This document shows, piece by piece, positions 36,401 to 45,404 of a DNA stretch of 64,000 bases. The DNA is from an uncultured Actinomycetes bacterium (lineage in GTDB: Bacteria; Actinomycetota; UBA4738; HRBIN12): contig OY969934.1 in NCBI GenBank assembly GCA_963704725.1, positions 1,819,023 to 1,883,022 on the forward strand. Direction: 5' to 3'. Positions within the stretch are counted from its first letter, which is position 1, and the number at the start of each line of letters is the position of its first letter. Under the pieces are notes generated by a model that was not told where the DNA came from, made no database searches, and saw only the letters and a list, made by a program, of their open reading frames with translations. The position numbers were made by a program, and so were the translations under genes.

Positions 36401-36582
36401 ATGCCGGGGCGGCCGTTCGCCGTGGGCGGGCCCTCGTAGAAGACCCACAGTGGCCCGTCCTTGCGCTGCTCGAGCTGGCGGCGGAACACGTCGGCGTCGC
36501 GCCAGAACTCCAGGATCCTCTGCTCGACCTGCGGGAAGCGCACCTTGGGGTCGACCGGATTGAACGGCGCCATCTCCACCAC
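33421..36582 (-). CDS. ileS: isoleucine--tRNA ligase
   Basis: 1053-aa ORF with a HIGH-like motif (PTANGRPGIHH) and KMSKS. The likely true start is the ATG at 36573, which is preceded by GGAGAGGAGG. Confidence 0.95.
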   Translation of the reverse strand: MVEMAPFNPVDPKVRFPQVEQRILEFWRDADVFRRQLEQRKDGPLWVFYEGPPTANGRPGIHHVEPRTFKDVYPRFKAMTGHYVPRKGGWDCHGLPVELEVEKEIGTRSKRDIEAFGVAEFNRLCRESVQRYVGDFERLTERIGFWIDLSDAYRTMDTEYIESVWWSLKRLHQRGLLSEDDRITTYCPRCGTPLSDAEVAMGYTEVEDPSVFVKFTVTESRHADLVGAHLLGWTTTPWTLISNEGLAVAANAQYVMVEQEGERYVLASKLKDAVLPDASPAGWSANGATLVGARYAPLYPNVEGAHRVVAAEFVSLEDGTGIVHMAPAFGPEDLEVGRREGWPMFRPLDGEGRFTDEAPGFVRGVFFKEADPAITEDLRGRDLLLRAGTILHTYPLCWRCETPLIYVARSSWYVRTTAVKERLLAVNEEVNWYPEHIKHGRYGDWLENNVDWALSRERYWGTPLPIWRCPNRHDTAIGSLSELSERAGRDVTAIDPHRPAIDEVSFPCPECAETASRVPEVIDTWYDSGAMPYAQWGYHPELGRGLERFDQRFPADFISEAIDQTRGWFYTLMAEGVLHFDSTTYRNCVCLGLIVDEDGRKMSKSLGNVIDPFEVLDRQGADALRWYLLTSGSPWASRRIGMAILDDVVRQFLLTLWNVYAFFVTYANASAFDPAAEPVPVVERPLLDRWVLSQLADAVRTARDGLEAYDATGAGRRIAAFVDDLSNWYVRRARRRFWDPEGAGGTETGAAFATLHECLLTVARLLAPFTPFVAEELWRNLSRGLSGAPDSVHLTDYPVPVAERSDPTLDEAMLAARSIVELGRRVRTDTKVRVRQPLLEAVIHYPGDREALGPLLGLVAEELNVKEVLFAESAERFGRWRAKPNFKALGPRLGPRVKEVASALERDDGSVAAALAAGQHVEVSISGPPVDLGPEDVDLVQETLEGWGVASDGGITVALELELTAELRREGLARELVRLVQDSRKAAGLEVSDRIELGVAAAGEIADAFSAHRADVAAETLATEVRDEVLADAAYRQDAAIDGQPVTISLRRI

Positions 36583-36810
36583 CTCCTCTCCGAACGCACG
36601 AACGCCCCGTCCCCTGATGCAGGGACGAGGCGCATGCCCCGCGGTACCACCCCGCTTGCCGAGGCCTCACGGCCCCGGCCGCTCGCGGCTGCCGACACAG
36701 CCCCCCGCTGTCACGGGCGGGGCCCGGCCGCGCCTACTGCGGGCGCGCGGCTCGCGTCCGGTTCGGGCGGCGGCTCGGGGAGGATGTTCGCGGGGCCCTG
36801 CCCGCCGGGC
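36583..36810 (-). promoter_or_regulatory. T-box leader (tRNA-Ile sensing riboswitch) of ileS
   Basis: The minus strand reads GGGUGGUACCGCG (36640-36652), the conserved T-box sequence including the UGGU that pairs with the tRNA ACCA end. A candidate short Stem I (36766-36806, GGCGG...CCGCC) carries an AUC (Ile) triplet in its loop at 36783-36785. Confidence 0.75.
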
Positions 36811-36879
36811 TCGCACCGTCCCCGGCTCGCTCGGGGTGGGATCCCCGCTACTCGTTCCCGTCGTCGCCTGTACCGGGGG

Positions 36880-37155
36880 ATGCTACACGTCGTCATGGGC
36901 TCGGTCACGGTTCGGGTGGTTCCGCGGTCGGGGCGGACGGCCGTGGAGGTCGGGCCCGACGGTCCGGTGGTCCGCGTCCGCGCGGCGCCCGAAGGCGGCC
37001 GAGCCACCGAGGAGGCCCGCCGGGCCCTGGCCAGAGCGGCCGGGGTCGCCGCCGGAGCGGTCCGACTGCGCACGGGGACGCGCTCGCGGACCAAGGTCTT
37101 CGAGGTGGAGGGCGTCGGCTCCGAGGAGCTCTTGAGACGCCTGCGAGGTGCCTGA
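36880..37155 (+). CDS. DUF167 (YggU-like) protein
   Basis: VTVRVVPRSGRTAVEVG...VRVRAAPEGGRATEEARRALA is a typical DUF167 sequence. Start at ATG 36880 or 36895. Confidence 0.75.
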   Translation: MLHVVMGSVTVRVVPRSGRTAVEVGPDGPVVRVRAAPEGGRATEEARRALARAAGVAAGAVRLRTGTRSRTKVFEVEGVGSEELLRRLRGA

Positions 37156-37236
37156 CGAGGGGTCGGAGGCCCGGGCGAGAACGTGCCGGATGTCCCATTG
37201 TCTGGCAACCTGGGCGGTGCTAGCGTCCCCCGGACC

Positions 37237-37623
37237 ATGGCCGCCAAGACCGTCTACACCAAGAAGGAGCTCGAGGACCTGCGCGAGCGTCTGCTGACCG
37301 AGCGATCCGAGTTGGAAGAGCAACTGACGACCATCGAGGAGCAATCGTTCGCCGCGTCGCAGTCGGACATCTCCGGTGAGGTGTCATTCGACGAGGAGAA
37401 CGCGGACGCCGGGACCTTCACGTTCGAGCGGGAGCGGGACCTGTCCATCGAGAACAACGTCCGCGACCTGCTGACCAAGATCGATCGAGCCCTCGGGAAG
37501 ATGGGCGAAGGGACGTACGGCATCTGCTCGCGATGCGGCAAACCGATCGAGAAGGCCCGGCTGAAGGCGCTCCCGTACGTCGACCTCTGCCTCAAGGACG
37601 CACAGGCGCAGTCGCGGCGGTAA
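37237..37623 (+). CDS. TraR/DksA-family zinc-finger protein
   Basis: 128 aa from the ATG at 37237. Coiled-coil N-terminus and C-terminal YGICSRCGKPIEKARLKALPYVDLC. Confidence 0.8.
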   Translation: MAAKTVYTKKELEDLRERLLTERSELEEQLTTIEEQSFAASQSDISGEVSFDEENADAGTFTFERERDLSIENNVRDLLTKIDRALGKMGEGTYGICSRCGKPIEKARLKALPYVDLCLKDAQAQSRR

Positions 37624-37627
37624 CGCC

Positions 37628-38122
37628 GTGACCGACCGTGCTCGCGAGCTCGCCCTCTGGCTCTATGCCACCGCGGCCACCGCGTACATCCTCGATCGAG
37701 CCACCAAGCTCTGGGTCGAGCGCACGCTCGCCGGGCGGCCCCCCCTGCGGGTGATCCCGGGCGTCCTGACCTTCACGTACACGACGAACTCGGGGGGCGC
37801 GTTCGGGCTCGGGCGGAGCGCCCCCTGGCTGTTCGCCGCCGCCTCCATCCTCGTGTCACTGGCCATCGTGGTCGCGTCGTTCCGCCAGTCGCGGTTCGCG
37901 CTGTCGGTCGCCCTGGGCCTGATCCTGGGCGGCGCGCTCGGGAACCTCACCGATCGCGCCGTGAACGGGCCCGGGTTGACCGGACACGTCACCGACTTCA
38001 TCGACGTCGGGGTGTGGCCGGTGTTCAACCTCGCCGACAGCTGCATCGTGGTCGGGGCCCTGCTCCTTGCCCTGTCCACCGCGGTCCACGACGAGCGCGG
38101 GGACGTGCCGCGGGAGGCCTGA
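37628..38122 (+). CDS. lspA: lipoprotein signal peptidase II
   Basis: 164 aa, four TM helices, with NSGGAFG and FNLADS motifs. Confidence 0.9.
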   Translation: MTDRARELALWLYATAATAYILDRATKLWVERTLAGRPPLRVIPGVLTFTYTTNSGGAFGLGRSAPWLFAAASILVSLAIVVASFRQSRFALSVALGLILGGALGNLTDRAVNGPGLTGHVTDFIDVGVWPVFNLADSCIVVGALLLALSTAVHDERGDVPREA

Positions 38123-38124
38123 GC

Positions 38125-39015
38125 GTGGCCGAGGCGTTCGAGGCGCCCCCCGGCCGGCTCGACGTGGTCGTGGCCGATCGGCTCGCCGTGAGCCGGGCGG
38201 AGGCGCAGCGGGCCATCGCCTCCGGCGACGTCACCGTCGACGGATCCCCGCGCACGAAGTCCTTCCGTCTGGCCGGGGGCGAGCGGGTGGTGGCGGACCT
38301 CGCGCCGGCGCGGGGCGTCCCCGCCGAGGGAGCTGCGGTGCCCCTGCGGTACCGGGACGGGCATCTCGTGGTCGTGGCCAAGCCCGCGGGGCTTCCCACG
38401 CATCCGACCGAGAACCGCAGGAGCGGCACGCTCGTCAACCGGCTGCTGGCGATGGGCGTCCCGCTCGCCCCGCGCGGGGGAGCGCTCCGGCCGGGCATCG
38501 TGCACCGGCTGGACGCCGGGACCTCGGGGCTGCTCGTGGTGGCCTGCGACGACCGGACCCACGAGGCGCTCGCCGCGCTGTTCGAGGCCCACGGCGCCGA
38601 TCGTCGGTACCTCACGCTCGTGCGCGGAGCGGTCGAGCACGACCGGTTCGAGGTCGACGCGCCGCTGGGACGAAAAGGGGCGAGGATCCGCGTGGACGCC
38701 ACCGCCGGACGGTCGGCCGCCACCGCGTTCGAGGTGCGCGAGCGTGCGGGACGGGCCACCCTGCTCGAGGCCGTCCCGAGGACCGGGCGCACCCACCAGA
38801 TCCGTGTGCACCTGGCCTCCGTCGGCCACCCCATCCTCGGCGACGCCCGCTACGGCGGCGGCGGCGACGACGCCAGGGCGCTCGGGTTGGCGCGGCCGTT
38901 CCTGCACGCCGCGCGCCTCGCCTTCGACCACCCGGTCACGGGCGAGCGGATCGATCTCGAGGAGCCGCTGCCGGAGGACCTGGAGGCGGCTCTGGCCCGA
39001 GCCCGGGCCGGGTGA
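38125..39015 (+). CDS. RluA/RluD-family pseudouridine synthase
   Basis: GTG at 38125. S4-like N-terminus, then VVAKPAGLPTHP, HRLDAGTSGLLVVA and GRTHQIRVHL. Confidence 0.9.
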   Translation: MAEAFEAPPGRLDVVVADRLAVSRAEAQRAIASGDVTVDGSPRTKSFRLAGGERVVADLAPARGVPAEGAAVPLRYRDGHLVVVAKPAGLPTHPTENRRSGTLVNRLLAMGVPLAPRGGALRPGIVHRLDAGTSGLLVVACDDRTHEALAALFEAHGADRRYLTLVRGAVEHDRFEVDAPLGRKGARIRVDATAGRSAATAFEVRERAGRATLLEAVPRTGRTHQIRVHLASVGHPILGDARYGGGGDDARALGLARPFLHAARLAFDHPVTGERIDLEEPLPEDLEAALARARAG

Positions 39016-39021
39016 GGAGCG

Positions 39022-40149
39022 TCAGCGCCGGGCCCGCTCGGCTTCCTTGAGGTAGAGGGCGTGCTGGGTGCGGACCTCCTCGCGCGAGGAGAGCAGACGG
39101 TCCTCGACGTCGGGCGGGAGCGTGCGCGACTCGATCAGCGCGTTGAGCTTGCCCGGGTCGATGGACAACACGCCTTCCCACAGCCCCAGGGGCTCCAGGA
39201 TCGCTCGCACCTGCTCCTGCAGCGGGGCCGTCACGTGCTGGGGGCGGCGGTCGATGGCCGCCCCGTCCGTCCCGAACAGGCGGCGGTACCCGTGCTCGTC
39301 GGCGAACGCGTTGATGAGCGGAGAGAGCTCGTCCAGACGACGATAGACCTCGCGGCCGCGCCGCTTGAGGTCGATCCACTCGTCGACCACGGCGGTCATC
39401 CGGGGCGCAGGGTCGCCCTGCTCGCGCTCGGACCGGTGTCGGAACAGGGGGCACAGGGGCTGGTATTCGCACCAGTCGCAAAGCGGGTTCTGGCGGGGCT
39501 CGAACTTGCCGGCCGCGATCCGCTCCGCGACCGTGCCGATCCGCCGTCGGAGCTCGTCGACGTCGGCGGAGGTCCGCGCCGTCGTCATCCGCTGACCGGG
39601 AAGGAGGTAGTACAGGGTGAGCCGCTCGGGCTCGATGCCCCACACCTCGCGGGCGGCCAGGTGATAGATGCTGAGCTGCAGGTCGCGGTCGATCCGGGCC
39701 TGCGGCGGGAGCCGGCGGTTCGTCTTGTAGTCGATGATCTCGTAGCCGCCGCCGGGGATCCGGTCCATGCGGTCGATCACGCCCGAGAGCGCGATGCCCT
39801 CCACCTCGACCGTGAATCGGAACTCGAGCGCGGCGGGGATGCGGTACTGCGGCGCGTTCTCCCGGTGGTACAGGCCGAGCACCTGGCGGCCGTGGTCCCG
39901 GTACATCTGCTCCTCGGATCCGTCGCGGAACCCGTCGGAGACCCAGGAGATCTCGAGCATCTCGTGGAGCTCCTCGAGCGAGGGCGGCACCGGCACCGGC
40001 CGGTCGTGGAACAGGTGCAGGGCGCGATGAAGCGAGTCCCCGAACGCAAGCGCCGGCGACGTGGCCTGCGGCACCCGGTCCTCGTACTGGAACTTGAACT
40101 TGGCCGGGCAGGTTTCGTAGGTGTTGATGCTCGAGTACGAGAGCCGCAT
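39022..40149 (-). CDS. PD-(D/E)XK nuclease family protein with a Cas4/AddB-like Cys cluster
   Basis: Starts at MRLSYSSINTYETCPAKFKF (ATG at 40149). Motifs: IDRMD...EIIDYKT and C-terminal CDWCEYQPLCP; 375 aa. Confidence 0.8.
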   Translation of the reverse strand: MRLSYSSINTYETCPAKFKFQYEDRVPQATSPALAFGDSLHRALHLFHDRPVPVPPSLEELHEMLEISWVSDGFRDGSEEQMYRDHGRQVLGLYHRENAPQYRIPAALEFRFTVEVEGIALSGVIDRMDRIPGGGYEIIDYKTNRRLPPQARIDRDLQLSIYHLAAREVWGIEPERLTLYYLLPGQRMTTARTSADVDELRRRIGTVAERIAAGKFEPRQNPLCDWCEYQPLCPLFRHRSEREQGDPAPRMTAVVDEWIDLKRRGREVYRRLDELSPLINAFADEHGYRRLFGTDGAAIDRRPQHVTAPLQEQVRAILEPLGLWEGVLSIDPGKLNALIESRTLPPDVEDRLLSSREEVRTQHALYLKEAERARR

Positions 40150-40325
40150 CGCGCTCCTCTTCCGGCCGGGCGGTGACCTCGGCTCTTGTCTGCTCGGTCG
40201 AGCGAGTCTATGCTTCGGGTCCCAGGAATCACAAGCATGTAAGTTTATCCACACGTTTCCCACACGGCCGTCCCCAGGGCCGTACGAGGTCAGGTGCCAA
40301 GGGTCGACAAGGAGCCCGGGTCTCG

Positions 40326-43300
40326 TTGAGCGGTCGAAGCTTCGTCCACCTCCACAACCACACCGAGTACTCGCTGCTGGACGGGGCCTCCCGGATCGAC
40401 GCGCTGTTCGCGCGGGCGGCGGAGGAGGAGATGCCGGCCCTCGCCATCACCGACCACGGCGCCATGTTCGGCGCGCTGAGCTTCTACGAGGCCGGGCTGA
40501 AGGCGGGCGTCAAGCCGATCCTTGGCGTGGAGACCTACGTGGCGCCGTCCTCACGGTTCGAGCGCGCGCCGGGGGAGAGCGAGGAGAAGTACCGGCATCT
40601 CACGATCCTGGCCAAGGACGAGACGGGGTATCGGAACCTCCTGCGCCTCGTGACCGACGCCCACCTCGAGGGCTTCTACCACCGGCCGAGGATCGACAAG
40701 GAGCTCCTCGCCGAGCGGGCCGAGGGCCTGATCGGGCTGTCGGGCTGTCTGGCGTCGGAGATCTCGCAGCTCCTGCTGGCGGGCCAGGACGCCAAGGCCG
40801 CCGACGTGGCCGCGACGTACGCGGGGATCTTCGGGGCCGGGAACTTCTTCGTCGAGCTCCAGGACCACGGGCTCGAGGACCAGCGCCGGATCCTCGGCAA
40901 GCTCGTCGACCTCGCCCGGCACACCGGGCTGCCCCTGGTCGCGACGAACGACCTGCACTACACGGAGCGGGCCGACGCCAAGCCGCACGACGTGCTGCTC
41001 TGCATCCAGCAGCAGAAGGTCCAGACGGACACCAACCGCCTGCGCTTCGACACCGACCAGTTCTACCTGAAGACCGCCGACGAGATGCGCGAGGTCTTCC
41101 GCGACCTGCCGGAGGCCTGCGACAACACGCTCGCCATCGCCGAGATGTGCGATCTGCGACTCGCGTACGGCGACCAGGTGCCGCTCGAGGAACGCTTCCA
41201 CGTCCCGCGGTTCGAGCCGCCCGAGGGGATGGACCGCGACGAGCACCTCCGGCGGCTGGTCGAAGACGGGGCGCGGCAGCGCTACGGCGAGCTGACGCCG
41301 GAGATCCGCGACCGCATCGGGCACGAGCTCGAGGTCATCACCTCGATGGGGTTCTCCGGGTACTTCCTCATCGTGTGGGACCTGATCCGGTTCGCCCGGG
41401 AGAGTGGGATCCGGGTGGGGCCGGGGCGGGGTTCGGCCGCGGGGTCCGTGGTCTCGTACTCGCTGCGGATCACCGACCTGGACCCGCTGCGGTACGGGCT
41501 CATCTTCGAGCGGTTCCTGAACCCGGGCCGGATCCAGATGCCCGACATCGACATGGACTTCGACGAGCGCCGCCGGGACGAGGTCATCCGGTACGTGGCC
41601 TCGAAGTACGGCTCGGACCACGTGGCGCAGATCATCACGTTCCAGACGATCAAGGGGAAGCAGGGGATCCGCGACGCCGCCCGGGTGCTGGGGTTCCCGG
41701 CGAGCGTGGGGGACCGCCTGTGCAAGATGTACCCGCCCGCCGTGCTCGGTCGGGAGCACCCGATCGAGGAGGCGCTGAAGCTCTCGTCGGAGCTGCGCGA
41801 CGCGTACGAGCGCGAACCGGAGTCCCGCGAGATCGTCGACACGGCACGCGCCCTCGAGGGTCTGCGACGCGAGGACTCGGTCCACGCCGCCGGCGTGGTG
41901 ATCGGCGACGCCCCGCTCGTCAACTACCTGCCGCTCAAGCTCTCCAAGGACTCGCGGGACGACTCACGGCGCATCGTGACGCAGTTCGACATGAAGGGGG
42001 TCGAGAAGCTCGGCCTCCTCAAGATGGACTTCCTCGGGCTGCGCAACCTCTCGGTGATCGAGGACACGCTGTCGCACCTGCGCCGCAGGGGCGTCGAGCT
42101 GGACATCGACCACGTGCCGCTCGACGACGAGACCGTGTACGCGATGCTGAAGCGCGGCGACACGACCGGGGTCTTCCAGATGGAGTCGCCGGGAATGCGT
42201 CAGCTGATCAAGGACCTCGAGCCGGACCGGTTCGAGGACCTCATGGCGCTCGTCGCCCTGTACCGGCCGGGACCGCTCAACGCGGGGATGCACACCGAGT
42301 ACGCGCGGCGCAAGCACGGCCGCCACCCGGTCACGTATCCCCACGACGACCTGAAGGACATCCTGGAGGGGACCTACGGGATCATGGTCTACCAGGAGCA
42401 GGTCATGCAGATCGCGGTGCGCATGGCCGGGTACTCGATGGCCGAGGCCGACATGCTGCGGCAGGCCATGGGCAAGAAGATCCGCGAGAAGCTCATGGTC
42501 CACAAGGAGACGTTCATCCAGGGCTGCATCGACCACGGCTACACGCACAAGCTCGCCACGGAGGTGTTCGAGCTGATGGAGCCCTTCGCCGACTACGGCT
42601 TCAACGCCTCGCACGCCTGCGCGTACGGGTACGTCGCCTACCAGACGGCGTACCTCAAGGCCCATCACGCCGTCGAGTACATGTCGGCGGTGCTCACCAG
42701 CGTGAAGGACGACAAGGACCGCAAGCCGTACTACCTGAACGCCTGCCGGCTGATGGGGCTCGAGGTCCTCCCGCCCGACGTCAACGAGTCCGAGCAGGAC
42801 TTCGCGCCGGTCTCGAGCGGCGAGGCGAAGATCCGCTACGGGCTCTCGGCCGTTCGCAACGTCGGAGGCGGGGCCGTGCAGCAGATCATCGACGGCCGCC
42901 TGGCCAAGGGCGCGTTCATCGGCTACGCGGACTTCTGCCGCAAGGTCGATCCGAGCGTCCTGACCAAGCGCGTACTGGAGAGCCTCATCGTGGCGGGCGC
43001 GTTCGACTCGCTCTCGTACCACCGCCGGGCGCTCCTGGAGAACCAGGACAAGGTCTCCGCCCCCATCTCCTCCGAGCGCAAGGCGGAGGAGGCCGGGCAG
43101 TTCTCGCTGTTCGGCGGGGGTGACGGCGCGGCCACCGACATCGACGAGTCCGTGCTCTCGGGGGAGGAGTTCGACAAGCGAACGCTGCTGCGCGAGGAGA
43201 AGAAGGTGCTCGGGCAGTTCGTGACGGACCACCCCCTGCTCGCCGTCAAGGACGTCCTGGCGGCGCAGACCGACATGGAGCTGTCCGACGTCGGGAACCT

Positions 43301-43862
43301 GGGCGACGGGGACGTGGTCCGGGTCGGCGGCATCGTGGCCGACGTCTCGCGCAAGTTCACGAAGAGGGGCGACCCGTTCGCGCAGTTCCGGCTGGAGGAC
43401 CTCACCGGGGGGGTCACGGTCGTGGCGTTCCCCAACATCTACGAGCAGGTCCCCGAGCTCATCGAGGTCGACGCCATCGTCCTGGTGAAGGGGCGGGCCG
43501 ACCTGCGGGGCCGCGAGCTCCAGCTCCGCGCGCTCGAGGTCGGCGAGCCCGATCTCGGCGCAGGCCGGCCCACCCGGAACTCCGGCTCGGTACTGGTCGT
43601 GGACGTTGCGGCGGCGAGCTGCACGAACGCCACGGTCGCCAAGCTCAAGGAGCTGCTCGGGGCACACCCCGGCCGCTCGCCGGTCAGGGTCCGGTACCTG
43701 TCCTCGCACGGGGTCACGCCCCTCGACGTGGGGACCTTCCGGGTCGAGCCCGGTGCCGGGCTCCTGTCCGAGCTCCGAGCCCTGCTGGGCCACGCGGCGG
43801 TCGCGCTCGTGAAGCGAGACCTGATCGTCGCCGTCCCAGACGCCGCCGGCGCCCGGGCGTAG
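40326..43862 (+). CDS. dnaE: replicative DNA polymerase III alpha subunit DnaE
   Basis: TTG at 40326, 11 nt after AAGGAG. Intact PHP motif (FVHLHNHTEYSLLDG, ITDHGAMFG) plus MPDIDMDFD, LKMDFLGLRNL and FQMESPGMR; 1178 aa. Confidence 0.93.
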   Translation: MSGRSFVHLHNHTEYSLLDGASRIDALFARAAEEEMPALAITDHGAMFGALSFYEAGLKAGVKPILGVETYVAPSSRFERAPGESEEKYRHLTILAKDETGYRNLLRLVTDAHLEGFYHRPRIDKELLAERAEGLIGLSGCLASEISQLLLAGQDAKAADVAATYAGIFGAGNFFVELQDHGLEDQRRILGKLVDLARHTGLPLVATNDLHYTERADAKPHDVLLCIQQQKVQTDTNRLRFDTDQFYLKTADEMREVFRDLPEACDNTLAIAEMCDLRLAYGDQVPLEERFHVPRFEPPEGMDRDEHLRRLVEDGARQRYGELTPEIRDRIGHELEVITSMGFSGYFLIVWDLIRFARESGIRVGPGRGSAAGSVVSYSLRITDLDPLRYGLIFERFLNPGRIQMPDIDMDFDERRRDEVIRYVASKYGSDHVAQIITFQTIKGKQGIRDAARVLGFPASVGDRLCKMYPPAVLGREHPIEEALKLSSELRDAYEREPESREIVDTARALEGLRREDSVHAAGVVIGDAPLVNYLPLKLSKDSRDDSRRIVTQFDMKGVEKLGLLKMDFLGLRNLSVIEDTLSHLRRRGVELDIDHVPLDDETVYAMLKRGDTTGVFQMESPGMRQLIKDLEPDRFEDLMALVALYRPGPLNAGMHTEYARRKHGRHPVTYPHDDLKDILEGTYGIMVYQEQVMQIAVRMAGYSMAEADMLRQAMGKKIREKLMVHKETFIQGCIDHGYTHKLATEVFELMEPFADYGFNASHACAYGYVAYQTAYLKAHHAVEYMSAVLTSVKDDKDRKPYYLNACRLMGLEVLPPDVNESEQDFAPVSSGEAKIRYGLSAVRNVGGGAVQQIIDGRLAKGAFIGYADFCRKVDPSVLTKRVLESLIVAGAFDSLSYHRRALLENQDKVSAPISSERKAEEAGQFSLFGGGDGAATDIDESVLSGEEFDKRTLLREEKKVLGQFVTDHPLLAVKDVLAAQTDMELSDVGNLGDGDVVRVGGIVADVSRKFTKRGDPFAQFRLEDLTGGVTVVAFPNIYEQVPELIEVDAIVLVKGRADLRGRELQLRALEVGEPDLGAGRPTRNSGSVLVVDVAAASCTNATVAKLKELLGAHPGRSPVRVRYLSSHGVTPLDVGTFRVEPGAGLLSELRALLGHAAVALVKRDLIVAVPDAAGARA

Positions 43863-43879
43863 GTCGGTAGGCTGCGCCG

Positions 43880-44593
43880 ATGTCCTTCGAGGTGATCCCG
43901 GCGGTCGACGTCGCGGCCGGCCGTCTGGTGCGGATGTCCGCGGTCGGGACGACCCCGGTGGGCGCGTTCGACGGCGATCCCCTGACGGCGGCGGCCGCCT
44001 ACGTCGAGGCGGGCGCGCCTCGGTTGCACGTGGTCGACGTCGACCTGGCCCGCACGGGAGACCCGGCCAACCTGCCCGTGGTGAAGGCCGTGGCGGCGCT
44101 CGGCGTCGCGGTCCAGGCGAGCGGCGGCGTGACCTCCTCCCGCCACGTCGACGCGCTGCTGGGAGCGGGCGCGGGCCGCGTGGTGCTCGGCTCGGCGTCG
44201 CTCGGGAACCGGGCCGAGGTCGAGCAGCTGATCGCCCGGCACGGCGACCGCCTCTGCGTGGGGATCGAGGCCGACGGACCCACCATCCGACCCCGAGGCG
44301 GGGGGCCCGAGCTGGCGCTGTGGGACACGCTGGTGTGGCTCGTCGGCCTGGACGTGCGCCGGTACGTGTTCACCGAGGTGGGCCGGGTGGGGGAGCTCGC
44401 CGGCCCGGACCTCGACGGCATCTGGGCGCTGGCCACCCACGCCGAGCGGCCGGTCATCGCCTCCGGAGGGATCCGCTCGATCGACGACCTCCGGGCGATC
44501 GCCCGGCTCGGCGGAGCCGTGGAGGGCGCCATCGTGGGCCGGGCGTTGCACGAGGGCCTCGACCTGGCCGAGGCGCTGCGCGCCGTGGCCTGA
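43880..44593 (+). CDS. HisA/PriA-family (beta/alpha)8 phosphoribosyl isomerase homolog, divergent
   Basis: 237 aa. N-terminus IPAVDVAAGRLVR, then HVVDVDLA, QASGGV and SGGIRSIDDL. Sits directly upstream of trpC. Confidence 0.7.
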   Translation: MSFEVIPAVDVAAGRLVRMSAVGTTPVGAFDGDPLTAAAAYVEAGAPRLHVVDVDLARTGDPANLPVVKAVAALGVAVQASGGVTSSRHVDALLGAGAGRVVLGSASLGNRAEVEQLIARHGDRLCVGIEADGPTIRPRGGGPELALWDTLVWLVGLDVRRYVFTEVGRVGELAGPDLDGIWALATHAERPVIASGGIRSIDDLRAIARLGGAVEGAIVGRALHEGLDLAEALRAVA

Positions 44594-44627
44594 GGCCCGG
44601 GGGCGGCGCCGTACACTGCCCCTTCCC

Positions 44628-45404
44628 ATGGGCTTCCTGACCGACGTCGTGGACGGCGTCCGCCGACGGCTCGAGCGCCGTCCGCTCGACGAGTCCGGCC
44701 TCATGGCCATCGCCATGGGGCTGCCGCCCGCCAGGCCGTTCGTCGGCGCGCTGTGGGCCTCCCCCCAGCCGGCCGTCATCGCCGAGGTCAAACGGTCCTC
44801 GCCCTCGGCCGGCCGGATCGCGGACGTCGACCCCGGGGCGCAGGCGAGGGCCTACGAGGCGGCCGGCGCGTCCGCGGTGTCCGTGTTGACCGAGCCCGAG
44901 CACTTCGACGGCGCCCTGGCCGACCTCCGGGCCGTCCATCTCGCGGTGGGGGTCCCCGTGCTGCGGAAGGACTTCCTGATCCACCCGGCCCAGGTGATCG
45001 AGGCCCGTGCCGAGGGCGCCGACGCGGTCCTGCTGATCGCGGCGGCGCTGTCCGAGCTCGAGCTCCGGGCGATGCTCGCGGCCTCCGAGGACCTCGGCCT
45101 CGGCGCGCTCGTCGAGGCCTTCTCCGCCGAGGATCTCGAGGCGGCGCTCGCCACCGGGGCCACGGTGATCGGCGTCAACGCCCGCGACCTGCAGACCCTC
45201 GAGGTCGACGTGGCCCGGGCCCTCGAGCTCCTGCGGCGGGTGCCCGAGGATCGGATCGCCGTGCTCGAGAGCGGCGTGTCGACCCGCGAGCACGTGCGGC
45301 TGGCGACCGAGGCCGGCGCTCGCGCCGTCCTCGTGGGCGAGGCGTTGATGCGGGCGGACGACCCGGGGGCCAAGCTCCGGGAGCTCGCGGGGTACCAGGC
45401 GTGA
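44628..45404 (+). CDS. trpC: indole-3-glycerol phosphate synthase
   Basis: [31 protein letters not shown] and IGVNARDL motifs. Confidence 0.9.
   Translation: MGFLTDVVDGVRRRLERRPLDESGLMAIAMGLPPARPFVGALWASPQPAVIAEVKRSSPSAGRIADVDPGAQARAYEAAGASAVSVLTEPEHFDGALADLRAVHLAVGVPVLRKDFLIHPAQVIEARAEGADAVLLIAAALSELELRAMLAASEDLGLGALVEAFSAEDLEAALATGATVIGVNARDLQTLEVDVARALELLRRVPEDRIAVLESGVSTREHVRLATEAGARAVLVGEALMRADDPGAKLRELAGYQA

Noticed and set aside
33728-36670. 980-aa minus-strand ORF overlapping ileS in another frame
   Set aside because: The ileS frame has the HIGH/KMSKS motifs. This frame is an Arg/Pro-rich low-complexity artefact and would run through the T-box leader.
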